Notes under the pieces: model-generated | The model's input: only the letters and a program-made list of their open reading frames with translations | Databases searched by the model: none | Told to the model about the DNA's origin: nothing | In this document: one piece after another, positions 1 to 10,220 of the stretch | Layout of the letters: the number at the start of each line of letters is the position of its first letter | How positions within the stretch are numbered: position 1 is the stretch's first letter | From: a virus | Taxonomy: Duplodnaviria; Caudoviricetes | Strand: one strand, 5' to 3' | Virus record (IMG/VR): IMGVR_UViG_3300025392_000002 | DNA length: 64,000 nt | Position numbers and translations under genes: made by a program

Positions 1-4
1 ATAC

Positions 5-571
5 ATGGTGAATAGAAAACTTTTTCCTGAAGATTTTCCTTTCTACTGGACGCCTAAAGTTGGATTTAGTAACAGACTTATTATTCCATTCATTTATAAA
101 GATGAGATTGTTGGCTGGACTGCCCGTGCTATAAATGATGCCAAACCTAAATATCTATCCGAGCAACAACCAGGCTATGTTTTTAATTTAGACCGTCAAC
201 AGGACGACAGAGAGTTCGTTATTGTCAGTGAAGGCCCGTTTGATGCGCTAAGTATTGATGGATGTGCATTACTAGGTGCAGAAATTAAAGATAGTCAAAA
301 TTGGCTACTCAAGCAACTAGGTAAAGAGATTGTACTCGTTCCAGATAGGGATCACGAAGGCCCACGCACTGTTGAACAAGCAATAGAATATGGATGGTCT
401 GTAAGTATGCCAGACTGGCCAGAAGGTGTTAAGGACATTAATGACGCCGTAATTAAATTAGGAAGATTGGCAACGTTGTACTTAATTGTATCATCAAAAG
501 AATCTAACAGTCTAAAGATACAACTACGAGCCAAGAAATGGTTTAAGGAAGAATATGAAAAAATTGATTGA
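5..571 (+). CDS. DNA primase, TOPRIM portion (T4 gp61-like); probably begins before the window
   Basis: KY, EGPFD and DxD-type TOPRIM motifs (IVSEGPFDAL, VPDRD, KDINDA); near helicase. Confidence 0.85.
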   Translation: MVNRKLFPEDFPFYWTPKVGFSNRLIIPFIYKDEIVGWTARAINDAKPKYLSEQQPGYVFNLDRQQDDREFVIVSEGPFDALSIDGCALLGAEIKDSQNWLLKQLGKEIVLVPDRDHEGPRTVEQAIEYGWSVSMPDWPEGVKDINDAVIKLGRLATLYLIVSSKESNSLKIQLRAKKWFKEEYEKID

Positions 572-668
572 TTTTATTTTGAAACCATGGCACTGGTACA
601 AAAGCCGCCAAGAATTTAAACGTCGAATGGAAGAATTACGGAAACGTGATCCTTTTATCTACAAATGA
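555..668 (+). CDS. small hypothetical protein (37 aa, MKKLIDF...ELRKRDPFIYK)
   Basis: Translated by hand; RBS AAGGAAG; stop overlaps next ATG (ATGA). Confidence 0.6.
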   Translation: MKKLIDFILKPWHWYKSRQEFKRRMEELRKRDPFIYK

Positions 669-2152
669 TTAGTTGGGGGATATCGGCAAACAGTCATGAT
701 GCGGCAATAGCTGTATTTGCTGATGAAAAACTAGTATTTGCCAGCCATAGTGAAAGATACAGCGGTATTAAAAACGATAGAGATCTGTGTAGAGAATTAG
801 TTGCAGATGCCAAAAAGTTTGGATACCCTGACAAAATCTATTGGTATGAAAAGCCTTTTAAAAAAACTCTTCGACAGTTATTTGCAGGGCAAGGTTGGAA
901 ACGTCGTGATAACGATATTGAAATCTATATGGCTAGATACGAAATTGACGCACCTATTACCTATGTTGATCACCATCGTAGTCATGCCGCGGCAGGATTT
1001 TATACAAGTCCTTTTGAAACTGCTTGTATAGTTGTAATAGATGCTATCGGTGAATTTACCACATATAGTTTGTGGTCAGGAGTGGGTAAAGAATTACATT
1101 TGATTGATAGCATAGGATTTCCTGACAGTTTAGGACTATTCTATTCGGCCATGACTCAGCGTGTAGGACTAACACCCAACGAGGATGAATATATTCTTAT
1201 GGGAATGGCCGCATACGGTGACCCATCTCGATTAACTAAGAGTTTACTGGATGATTTTGTAAAATTACCAAATAATGATTGGAACAGGCCCTATCAAATA
1301 AAACAAAATTTACACAGGGGATGCCGAGACTGGAGACCAGATCTAACAGTGTCCGATAGCTTTGATATTGCAGCCGCAACCCAGCAAGTGTATGAAATGG
1401 CATTTGAAAGAATATTGTATCAAGCCTCTCAAGAAGTGGATCTAACCAATAATTTAGTTTTGATGGGCGGGTGTGCTCTTAATTGTAGTGCTAACAGATT
1501 GACCGGAAAGTATTTTAAAAATACTTGGATATATCCTAATCCTGGAGATGCTGGCAGTGCCATAGGTGCTGTATTAGCAAAAAATCCAGATTGGAAAGAT
1601 TATACAGACTGGTCCAATATATTTCTAGGCTATGACATGGGATATCGTTCTTCAAATGAAGATATTGTATCCTACTTGGAAGAAAATAAAATCTGCGGAG
1701 TTGCCCGTGGAAGAGCAGAGTTTGGACCACGTGCCTTAGGTAATAGAAGTTTATTAGCAGATCCACGTGGTAAAGATATAAAGGATAGAGTAAATGCAAT
1801 TAAACAACGACAAGAATTTAGACCTTTTGCACCAGCAATACTCGAAGAACATGTTGACACGTACTTTGATATGCCTCACGGTTGGGATAATAGTAGGTTT
1901 ATGCAAGTGGTCGCTCGTTGCAGGACTCCTGAGTTATTTCCTGCTATCATACATCGTGACGGAACATCTCGTGTTCAAACTGTACCGAACGATGGTAGGC
2001 CATTTAGAAAACTCTTAGAACTTTGGTATAAAGAAACTGGATGTCCAATATTGCTCAATACCAGTCTAAATATCAAAGGCAAACCTATGGTAAACAATCA
2101 TGCAGATGCAAGAAACTTTGAACGCCATTACGGTGTTAAAGTGTTTAATTAA
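665..2152 (+). CDS. carbamoyltransferase, NodU/CmcH family
   Basis: HDAA, HHRSHAA, DAIGE, GGCALN, EFGPRALGNRS, RPFAP, LNTSLN motifs. Confidence 0.93.
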   Translation: MISWGISANSHDAAIAVFADEKLVFASHSERYSGIKNDRDLCRELVADAKKFGYPDKIYWYEKPFKKTLRQLFAGQGWKRRDNDIEIYMARYEIDAPITYVDHHRSHAAAGFYTSPFETACIVVIDAIGEFTTYSLWSGVGKELHLIDSIGFPDSLGLFYSAMTQRVGLTPNEDEYILMGMAAYGDPSRLTKSLLDDFVKLPNNDWNRPYQIKQNLHRGCRDWRPDLTVSDSFDIAAATQQVYEMAFERILYQASQEVDLTNNLVLMGGCALNCSANRLTGKYFKNTWIYPNPGDAGSAIGAVLAKNPDWKDYTDWSNIFLGYDMGYRSSNEDIVSYLEENKICGVARGRAEFGPRALGNRSLLADPRGKDIKDRVNAIKQRQEFRPFAPAILEEHVDTYFDMPHGWDNSRFMQVVARCRTPELFPAIIHRDGTSRVQTVPNDGRPFRKLLELWYKETGCPILLNTSLNIKGKPMVNNHADARNFERHYGVKVFN

Positions 2153-2167
2153 AGTGTATAATACAGT

Positions 2168-3616
2168 ATGAGTGAATATAATAAAGATAAAGATAACAAA
2201 GCAAGACAGAACGTAGACTATGGCTACGATATCCAGCGTGTATATTTAGAAATGATGTTGGCAGATGCTGGCACATTTGTACGATGTCAAAGCATTTTTG
2301 ATAGTACATTATTTGATAGAAAACTGCAAGATGCGGCGGCATATTTGACTAATTTTGTCACAGAGAACAATGCATTGCCTACTCCTGAAATCTTAAATGC
2401 GGCAACTGGTGCAAACTTAAAGCCAGCAGAGAATCTACGTGATGAACATTTTGAATGGCTAATGAATGACTTTGAAACATTTACTAGACACAAAGGACTA
2501 GAGCGAGCAATCCTTGAAAGTGCCGACTTATTGGAAAAAGGCGAGTATGGTCCGGTAGAAGAAAAGATTAAAAAAGCAGTTCAAGTAGGCTTGCAACGTG
2601 ACATGGGTACAGATTATTTTGAAGACCCGAGGGCACGTCTCATGCGTATTAAAGATAAGAACGGGCAAATTTCAACAGGATGGAAAAGCATCGACGATAA
2701 ACTTTACGGTGGTTTCAATCGTGGCGAGCTTAACATATGGGCTGGTGGGTCTGGTGCTGGAAAATCTTTGTTTCTTGCTAATCTTGGGGTCAATTATGCT
2801 ACTGCTGGACTCAATGTACTATATCTAACATTAGAACTTAGTGAAGAACTAGTGAGTATGCGTGTGGATAGTATGCTCACAGGAATCCCTGCAAGAGAGA
2901 TTTTTAAGAGCATCGATGATGTGGAAATGAAAGTTAAAATGATTGGTAAGAAATCTGGTCAATTCCAGGTCAAGTACATGCCAAGTGGTAAGACAGCAAA
3001 TGATGTTCGTGCTTACATGAAAGAGTATGAAATCAAAATGGGTCGTAAGATTGATGTATTGCTACTGGATTATATGGACTTGATTATGCCAGTGAGCAAG
3101 CGTATTAGTGCTGAAAACTTGTTTGTTAAGGACAAGTATGTATCGGAAGAATTGCGTAATTTGGCGGTAGAAAAGAACTGTGTGTTTGTTACTGCGGCAC
3201 AGTTGAATCGTGGAGCAGTTGAAGAAGTTGAGTTTGACCACAGTCATATTTCAGGCGGATTAAGTAAGATTCAGACAGCTGATAATGTGTTTGGTATCTT
3301 CACTAGTCGTGCTATGCGTGAGCGTGGACGCTATCAAATCCAGCTAATGAAGACACGTTCTAGCAGTGGTGTTGGTATGAAGATTGATTTGGAATTTAAT
3401 ATTGATACACTACGCATCAGCGACTTGGATGAACAAGATGGTTACGGAAGCGGAAGTCCAAGTGCAGGGTCTACATTGTTGAATAGTATCAAACAACGAC
3501 AAACTGTAGCAGAAAATCCTGCCGATGGAGCATCGTTACCTAAGGTCAGGGCTCAAGTTGAAAGTACAAAACTTAGAGAATTATTAAACAATTTACCTGG
3601 AGATGACCTGGTGTAA
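2168..3616 (+). CDS. replicative DNA helicase (T4 gp41/DnaB-like)
   Basis: Walker A GGSGAGKS, TLEL, LLDYMD, AAQLNR, MKTR. Confidence 0.93.
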   Translation: MSEYNKDKDNKARQNVDYGYDIQRVYLEMMLADAGTFVRCQSIFDSTLFDRKLQDAAAYLTNFVTENNALPTPEILNAATGANLKPAENLRDEHFEWLMNDFETFTRHKGLERAILESADLLEKGEYGPVEEKIKKAVQVGLQRDMGTDYFEDPRARLMRIKDKNGQISTGWKSIDDKLYGGFNRGELNIWAGGSGAGKSLFLANLGVNYATAGLNVLYLTLELSEELVSMRVDSMLTGIPAREIFKSIDDVEMKVKMIGKKSGQFQVKYMPSGKTANDVRAYMKEYEIKMGRKIDVLLLDYMDLIMPVSKRISAENLFVKDKYVSEELRNLAVEKNCVFVTAAQLNRGAVEEVEFDHSHISGGLSKIQTADNVFGIFTSRAMRERGRYQIQLMKTRSSSGVGMKIDLEFNIDTLRISDLDEQDGYGSGSPSAGSTLLNSIKQRQTVAENPADGASLPKVRAQVESTKLRELLNNLPGDDLV

Positions 3617-3680
3617 TCTAGTTGCAATATGATTTATAAGGTATTATAATAAATACGTATATAACACCGGATAGCGAATC

Positions 3681-4124
3681 ATGGAACTACACCACATCAG
3701 AGATATTACCGATCCATTAGTAAGGATCATAAAAGACGATCCTGTACGACCACACATTCCACTTGAACAACGCATCAATGATGCCGCTGAAATACTAATC
3801 CTAAAAGCAGGAGAGGAAGTTTTAGCGGCAACTTGTATGCAATGGTCGAGCTCTGTTCCAGAAAACGAAACAGACCTAATTGAAATGGGTAAAGACAAAC
3901 GAGTAGCAGTTTTTTATACTATCTGGAGTTACAAGCCAGGCGCCGGTGCAAGTTTGTTAAAACAAGCGGCGGAGTGGCTAAAACAAGAATACACAGATAT
4001 TACAGGTATAGTTACATTGAGCCCACAAACAGAAATGGCCCGTAGATTTCATCTAAAAAACGGCGCTAAAGTACGCAAAGAGAACGCTACTAGCGTAAAT
4101 TACGAGTACTACTTCAAAGAGTAA
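3681..4124 (+). CDS. GNAT-like acetyltransferase
   Basis: GAGASLL motif-A-like segment, ARRFHLKNG; TAAATA upstream. Confidence 0.55.
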   Translation: MELHHIRDITDPLVRIIKDDPVRPHIPLEQRINDAAEILILKAGEEVLAATCMQWSSSVPENETDLIEMGKDKRVAVFYTIWSYKPGAGASLLKQAAEWLKQEYTDITGIVTLSPQTEMARRFHLKNGAKVRKENATSVNYEYYFKE

Positions 4125-4161
4125 AAACGGTTAAATACTAGTTATAAAGGACTGGTATTCC

Positions 4162-4659
4162 ATGAGTAAATCCGTACATAGCGTAAAATTACAAGCATAC
4201 GATAGCGTTGACTTAGATAGGTTAAGTTATAGCAATGGCGATCTAGTATATGATTTAACCAATAGTACAATTAGGTTAATGGACGGAACTAGCCAAGGCG
4301 GTAAGAAACTAGCCACGCAACTATGGACTACTTCTCAACTAGCTAGTTATGTTACAAACTCTAGCCTAACAACTACATTAAATTCCTATGTAACTACTAC
4401 TAGTTTGACAACAGCATTAAATGGGTACGCAACTAGCGCCAGTTTGACAACGGCATTAGCTTCGACTGTAACTACCGATAGTCTAACAACAACTCTAGCA
4501 AATTATGCGACTACAGCATCAGATGCATTGAAGGCGCCGCTAGCAAGTCCAACATTTACTGGAACTGTTACGGCTGCTACTATCTCTGCAACAAAAATAC
4601 TAGTAGGCGGTACAGATATAAAAGCTCTGGCGTTAGCCATGGGCGTGGCCTTGGGCTAA
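4162..4659 (+). CDS. virion/fibre-associated protein (Mtd_N-like N-terminus, Thr-rich repeats)
   Basis: GDLVYD..IRLMDG..GG; APLASPTFTG; C-terminal IKALALAMGVALG. Confidence 0.6.
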   Translation: MSKSVHSVKLQAYDSVDLDRLSYSNGDLVYDLTNSTIRLMDGTSQGGKKLATQLWTTSQLASYVTNSSLTTTLNSYVTTTSLTTALNGYATSASLTTALASTVTTDSLTTTLANYATTASDALKAPLASPTFTGTVTAATISATKILVGGTDIKALALAMGVALG

Positions 4660-4688
4660 CACGATAAATATGTAATCAAGGGGCGAAC

Positions 4689-4907
4689 ATGTCAGTAACA
4701 ATCAAACTACGTAGAGACACAGCGGCAAAATGGGCTAGCGTTAATCCTATTTTATCTGCCGGTGAGCCGGGATTTGAAACTGATACACTTAAAGTGAAAT
4801 ACGGCGATGGAGTTAATACATGGAATAGTTTATCATATGCCAGTTCTCCTAGTGTTACAAACAATATCAAAGCTCTTGCTATTGCAATGAGTGTAGCAGT
4901 AAGTTAA
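4689..4907 (+). CDS. minimal Mtd_N (major tropism determinant N-terminal-like) domain protein
   Basis: IKLRRDTAAKW..NPIL..GEPGFETDT..KYGDG..W..L.Y. Confidence 0.75.
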   Translation: MSVTIKLRRDTAAKWASVNPILSAGEPGFETDTLKVKYGDGVNTWNSLSYASSPSVTNNIKALAIAMSVAVS

Positions 4908-4925
4908 GGGTACTAAGAATATAAT

Positions 4926-5681
4926 ATGTCAGCACAAATTAAATTAAGACGAGATACAGCCGCTAATTGGACAAGTGTAAATCCAATATTAGCTACAGGC
5001 GAACCTGGTTTAGAAACTGACACGCTTAAATTAAAATACGGAGACGGTGTAAATCGTTGGAACGCTCTCAGCTATCCTACTGTACTACTTCCTACAACAA
5101 TACCAAATGCTACAACAGCTACAAACGTAGCTAGCGGAACTAGTAATCAATTATTAGTACAAATTGCGCCGGGAACCACTGGATTTATAACAGCGCCAAC
5201 TATTCCAGGTTTCTTACAATGGACTGGTAGTAGCTTTACGTGGTCTAGTACTAGTACAGTTGCCGCGGCGCAAACTCTAACTGGATCTATTTTAGCACCC
5301 AATGTTACAACAGCCGCGGGATTAATTACAATAGGAACTACTAGTGTATTAACTACAATGCCTGGTAATTTAGCTGTTACCGGCACTACTGGGTTAACTG
5401 GAAATGTTACTATCACTGGAACCAGCACACTTAACAATTCTTTAACAGTATCCACTGGTGGTATCGGAGTAACTGCTGGCGGATTAACTGTAACTGCTGG
5501 CGGTGCAACTATAACTGCTGGTGGAATTACTGTAACTGCTGGTGGAATTACCGTTACTGGAACTTCATCGATTACAGGAAATACTACAATCACTGGTACA
5601 GCAAACGTGGTAGGATCTTTAAAGATTAAAGGTGTTGATTTTAAAGGTTTTGCCATAGCACTAGCAACGGCTATGGCCTAA
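4926..5681 (+). CDS. tail fibre-like protein with Mtd_N domain
   Basis: Same Mtd_N motif; VTAGGIT repeats. Confidence 0.75.
   Translation: MSAQIKLRRDTAANWTSVNPILATGEPGLETDTLKLKYGDGVNRWNALSYPTVLLPTTIPNATTATNVASGTSNQLLVQIAPGTTGFITAPTIPGFLQWTGSSFTWSSTSTVAAAQTLTGSILAPNVTTAAGLITIGTTSVLTTMPGNLAVTGTTGLTGNVTITGTSTLNNSLTVSTGGIGVTAGGLTVTAGGATITAGGITVTAGGITVTGTSSITGNTTITGTANVVGSLKIKGVDFKGFAIALATAMA
5469..5560 (+). repeat. 21-nt coding tandem repeat (about 4 copies, VTAGGxT)
   Basis: gtaactgctggcggattaact-type units. Confidence 0.8.
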
Positions 5682-5710
5682 CAGATAAATAAAAGATAAT
5701 GGAGATTTAA

Positions 5711-8700
5711 ATGGCAAAGAGTCAAATTAGACAGTACGTCTTTACACCAGGAACAGCTGGTAATGGTACAATTAAAATACAAGGCAAGTACGATCTTAGC
5801 CAAATTTTGCTGATTACCAACTCAACAAAAAACGTAATTCTTTACAATTTTGCAGACACAACTTATACTGGAACTACAGTGTCTTTTAGTCGTGCAAACG
5901 ATTTAGTAAACTATTTTAGCTCATTAGATGCATCGGATGGTATTACAACTATTAACCTAGCTGTTGATACATCGACAGGTGGCACAGGTATGCAGTCTAC
6001 TGATAGCATACAGATTCTATATGAGCGTCCAGAACAAATGGTTCGTATGCCAGAAGCTGGAACAGATGCTTGGGAACGTACAAGAACATCAAATCCACAG
6101 TCAATGTTAGACGCTGACTTTGAATACGGACTACAACCAACTAAGTGGTTAACATACGATTTAGTGCGCGGATATCCTAGCGTTTATGAAGTTCCGGGAA
6201 CAGATCAAGCTGTATTAACTGTTACAACCGATGCTTCAATGGGTACCGGTGGAACAGGTGAAAGTTTAATTACAGTAGTTAACTCAACAGTATTTCCAAC
6301 AAGTTGGGCCGCTGGAACTCCAATTACAGTTAAAGGTTATTTGAACACTATCACAGGATTTGCTCGTGCTGAAGGTTCATTTTTAATCAACACCATTAGT
6401 GGTAATACACTAACATACTATGCAAAAGCTAAAGTTGGTGTGAATAACGGTGATGTACTATCAACAGTTTATACACAGTTACGTCAAGCCGCATTTTATA
6501 CAGGTGCAAGTGTAGGCACTCCAACTTACACTTATGCTAATCCTAGCGTTGTTGGAACTACAACATCAGGAAGTATTTCTAGTGCTTCAACAACTGTAAC
6601 TGGTTATATCAGTGGAACATCGTTGACAACTAGCGCAGGTAGTCCAGCAATTGGACAAGTATTATCTGGTAACGGTATTTTAGCTGGAACATACATTGTT
6701 TCTGGAAGTGGAACAGCATGGACACTTAGTTCTACACAGACTTTAGGGTCTAGTGGTAATCAACTAGTGTTTACAGCTACAACAAATACATTTACAGCTA
6801 CAGGCACAAGTAGTGGTTTTGCAGTGGGTCAAGTACTTAGCGGAACAAACGTAACAACTGGTACAACAATTATTGTTAGCGGATCGAGTGCCGCTCCAGG
6901 TGTATTTTCAGGCACAGGTGGTAATGGTACATACGCTGTTACTCTTGCTAGTACAGTTAGCGGTATTACAATTAACGGAACAACTAGTAATGCAGTTATT
7001 ACTGTAACATTTGCAACTAATCATGGATTTATTCCTGGCGATACAATTATCAGCCAGGTTACATCTGACGTTTCTAACATAGCCAATCACAGCGTTGCAC
7101 AGGGCCCGTTCTTTATTGAAACTGTTGCTAGCTTGACAACAGTAACTTTTACAGCTCGTGCTAGCGGTATTATTACAGGAACTATAACAGGTGCAATTTA
7201 TGCTCGCCCAGATGCGTTCTATCAACATAGACCATTCGACGGCGGAGTTATGTTAGGTACTGGCGGTCCAGCACATGGTTCAATGGCAGTACGTATGAGT
7301 AAGAAATACATTCGTTACCAGTCTGGTAAGAGTATTAACTATAACACAGGTGCGCTATTTGCTCCTAACTATGATATTCGTGCGATTAGTGCCAGCGGCA
7401 CTACTGTTGGTTCTACTATTACTATTACTACAGATGATACAGACCATGGATTACAACCAGGTGCTCAGATCAATATTATCGGCGTTACAACTAGCGGTTA
7501 TAACAGTGCATACACTGTTGCTACTATTGTAGATGAACGCTCATTTACTGTACTAGCAGTTAACGTATTAGGTTCTACTACAGGCCTTATTAATAGTCCT
7601 TGTACAGTACAGGTAACTGGCTGGTGGGGATCAACAGTACGTGCAGGAACATTTGACGAGCAGAACGGTATGTTCTGGCAATGGGATGGTCAGCAAATGG
7701 CAATTGGACGTCGTAGTTCAACATTCCAAGTTGCTGGAAGTGTTTCAGTAACACCAGACTCAAATAGTGTTACAGGTTTAAATAGTCGCTTTACAGCACA
7801 GCTAGCCGCTGGAGATCGTGTAGTTATCAAGGGTATGACACACATTGTAACAAACGTAGCTAGCGATACACAAATTTATGTAACACCAGACTATCGTGGT
7901 TCAGTGGCCGCATCGGGTGTTAAAATGGTTAAAACTATTGACCGCTTGATGCCACAGAGTCAATGGAACATGGATCGTCTAGATGGTTCATCAAGCCCAT
8001 TTAACCCAAGTGGTTATAACATTTTACCTTACAAGATGCAGATGATTGGCCTACAATGGACATGGTACGGTGCTGGTTTTATTGACTGGATGATCCGCGG
8101 TCCAGAAGGCAAGTATATTACTGTACACCGTCTACGTAACAACAACATAAACACCGAAGCTTATATGCGTTCTGGTAACCAACCAGTTCGTTATGAAGTA
8201 GTAAACGAAGGTGCCCGCTCAACATTAACAGCAGATCCAGGTGTATCGGGTACAACACTAGCATTAACTGATGTATCTTACTTCCCAACAGCCAGTGTTA
8301 CTTACCCAGCGTATGTTTATATTGATGGCGAGATTATCAGCTATACTAGTAAAACTACTGGTACAGTTTCAACTAGTCCTATCAACGGCCAAGTTCTTGT
8401 TGCAGGTACACTAAATGGTTGTACTCGTGCTACGCCACTGTCTGTTTATGTTGCAGGTTTAACTCGTACATTCTCAGGTATGACAGCGGCTGCTCATGCA
8501 GTAGGTTCAGGTGTTATTCTAATTGGACAAACAGCAACTCCAAGTATTAGTCACTGGGGTAGTGCGTTCCTACAAGACGGCGGATTTGATTCTGATCGTG
8601 GTTACATCTTTAACTATCAATCAACTAACACACAAATTTCAACACGTAAGACAACAGCATTTGCTATTCGTCTAGCTCCTAGTGTGTCAAACGCTATTGT

Positions 8701-9883
8701 AGGTGACTTGGGTGTACGTGATTTGATCAATCGTGCGCAGTTGTTGTTACAGACAATTGAGATTACAGCTGGTGGTACAACTAATACTAACTCAGCATTG
8801 GTAATTGAAGGTATTCTAAACCCAAGCAACTATCCAACTAACCCGGCAACTGGTATTACTTGGAACAGTTTAAATTCAGTAGCACTACAAACTGGACAGC
8901 CTAGCTTTAGTCAGATTGCCACTGGCTCTAGCGTAACATTTGCAAACTCTGCAACTAACAACCCAATAACAGGACAAGGTGGTTTAGCCATTGGTTCTAC
9001 TACAGTTACAGTAAGTTCAGCAACAGGTATCTTAGTAGGTGATGACGTATTTTATCCACAAAGTACTTCAGCAGTGTATGGCGGTACAAAAGTATCTTCA
9101 GTGGCAACTACTGCTGTTTCAATTACAACAGGTAGCGTAACAGCAGGTACAGCTTGTACATTTACTGCTAGTATTACAGGTAACGTATTAACAGTTACTA
9201 CGGCTCCAAGTGGTGGTACTGGTATTGGTATCGGTTATGTAATTACTGGTGGAGCAACACAAACAGCTGGCGGTGGTACATTTATTGTAGGTAACATTTC
9301 AGGTACAGCTACAAGTGCTACAAGTTCTTGGTATATTAACGTTAGCCAAACAGTAGTTAGTGGTACACTAACTGCTACTCCTTGGGTTTTAACAGATACT
9401 ACACACGCAAGTGGTACAGTAGTATTAGGACAAGCATTGTCAGGTGGTACGTTGGCAGCCAACACTTATGTTACTGCTACTAACAGAGAAAATAATACCT
9501 ATACCGGTAACGGTATAAATGCTGGCGGTACATACTTGGTAAGTTATCAAACAGGTAACGTGTCTAGCACAGCAATTACTGGTACTGTGGTACAAGTAGG
9601 TTTAACTACTCCTTTACTAGTATCACAGACTGTGGGTAGCAATATTCAGTTCTCACGTAACACTTATGCGGTGCCCGGTGAAACTGTATTCTCGTTTATC
9701 TCAAGCCCAAGCAACAAGGACTCATTAGACTTGACACCATTTAAGGAATTGACCAACACACCAATCGGTGGACGCGGCACATTCCCTAACGGTCCAGACG
9801 TATTGTTTATCAACGTATACTTAACACAGGGTGCGCCAGTATTGGCCAACTTGGTTCTACGTTGGGGCGAAGCACAAGCGTAA
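5711..9883 (+). CDS. large virion structural protein (1390 aa, T/G/S-rich, tail/baseplate-associated)
   Basis: Low-complexity beta-rich composition, TAAATA promoter, strong RBS GGAG, terminator downstream. Confidence 0.7.
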   Translation: MAKSQIRQYVFTPGTAGNGTIKIQGKYDLSQILLITNSTKNVILYNFADTTYTGTTVSFSRANDLVNYFSSLDASDGITTINLAVDTSTGGTGMQSTDSIQILYERPEQMVRMPEAGTDAWERTRTSNPQSMLDADFEYGLQPTKWLTYDLVRGYPSVYEVPGTDQAVLTVTTDASMGTGGTGESLITVVNSTVFPTSWAAGTPITVKGYLNTITGFARAEGSFLINTISGNTLTYYAKAKVGVNNGDVLSTVYTQLRQAAFYTGASVGTPTYTYANPSVVGTTTSGSISSASTTVTGYISGTSLTTSAGSPAIGQVLSGNGILAGTYIVSGSGTAWTLSSTQTLGSSGNQLVFTATTNTFTATGTSSGFAVGQVLSGTNVTTGTTIIVSGSSAAPGVFSGTGGNGTYAVTLASTVSGITINGTTSNAVITVTFATNHGFIPGDTIISQVTSDVSNIANHSVAQGPFFIETVASLTTVTFTARASGIITGTITGAIYARPDAFYQHRPFDGGVMLGTGGPAHGSMAVRMSKKYIRYQSGKSINYNTGALFAPNYDIRAISASGTTVGSTITITTDDTDHGLQPGAQINIIGVTTSGYNSAYTVATIVDERSFTVLAVNVLGSTTGLINSPCTVQVTGWWGSTVRAGTFDEQNGMFWQWDGQQMAIGRRSSTFQVAGSVSVTPDSNSVTGLNSRFTAQLAAGDRVVIKGMTHIVTNVASDTQIYVTPDYRGSVAASGVKMVKTIDRLMPQSQWNMDRLDGSSSPFNPSGYNILPYKMQMIGLQWTWYGAGFIDWMIRGPEGKYITVHRLRNNNINTEAYMRSGNQPVRYEVVNEGARSTLTADPGVSGTTLALTDVSYFPTASVTYPAYVYIDGEIISYTSKTTGTVSTSPINGQVLVAGTLNGCTRATPLSVYVAGLTRTFSGMTAAAHAVGSGVILIGQTATPSISHWGSAFLQDGGFDSDRGYIFNYQSTNTQISTRKTTAFAIRLAPSVSNAIVGDLGVRDLINRAQLLLQTIEITAGGTTNTNSALVIEGILNPSNYPTNPATGITWNSLNSVALQTGQPSFSQIATGSSVTFANSATNNPITGQGGLAIGSTTVTVSSATGILVGDDVFYPQSTSAVYGGTKVSSVATTAVSITTGSVTAGTACTFTASITGNVLTVTTAPSGGTGIGIGYVITGGATQTAGGGTFIVGNISGTATSATSSWYINVSQTVVSGTLTATPWVLTDTTHASGTVVLGQALSGGTLAANTYVTATNRENNTYTGNGINAGGTYLVSYQTGNVSSTAITGTVVQVGLTTPLLVSQTVGSNIQFSRNTYAVPGETVFSFISSPSNKDSLDLTPFKELTNTPIGGRGTFPNGPDVLFINVYLTQGAPVLANLVLRWGEAQA

Positions 9884-9900
9884 TTGCAACTGGTTCAAAC

Positions 9901-9928
9901 AAAAAAGCACCCTGAGGGTGCTTTTTTT
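9901..9928 (+). terminator. intrinsic terminator (possibly bidirectional)
   Basis: AAAAAAGCACCC-TGA-GGGTGCTTTTTTT. Confidence 0.85.
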
Positions 9929-9950
9929 GTTTTTGGGATTAAATACTAGT

Positions 9951-10208
9951 ATGCCCACATACAATATCTGGGATTATTTTCCCGATAAGCATGATTTTGC
10001 CTTTACGGCAACGATACGGTGGCCTGGCCAAGTAAATGAACAACTAGACTGGATTATTGGCATACATGATGTAGAACAATGGCTGTTAACTTATACTGGA
10101 CCCAAATATCAGCGTTGGGCTTGGAATATGGCGGTAGAATGCTATGACATTAGTGTAGCCTTTAAGTATGATAAGCATAGAACTCTTTTTTTATTAAACT
10201 ATAGTTAG
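9951..10208 (+). CDS. small protein of the 'F-x-x-E-x-D-x-x-F-x-L-x-W' paralogue family
   Basis: Likely start ATG 9951 just after TAAATA; ends FKYDKHRTLFLLNYS. Confidence 0.6.
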   Translation: MPTYNIWDYFPDKHDFAFTATIRWPGQVNEQLDWIIGIHDVEQWLLTYTGPKYQRWAWNMAVECYDISVAFKYDKHRTLFLLNYS

Positions 10209-10220
10209 AATAAATATTCA

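Noticed and set aside
4689-5075. Duplicated Mtd_N coding sequences as a DGR template/variable repeat pair
   Set aside because: Differences are mostly synonymous and involve all bases, not only adenines; no reverse transcriptase in the window
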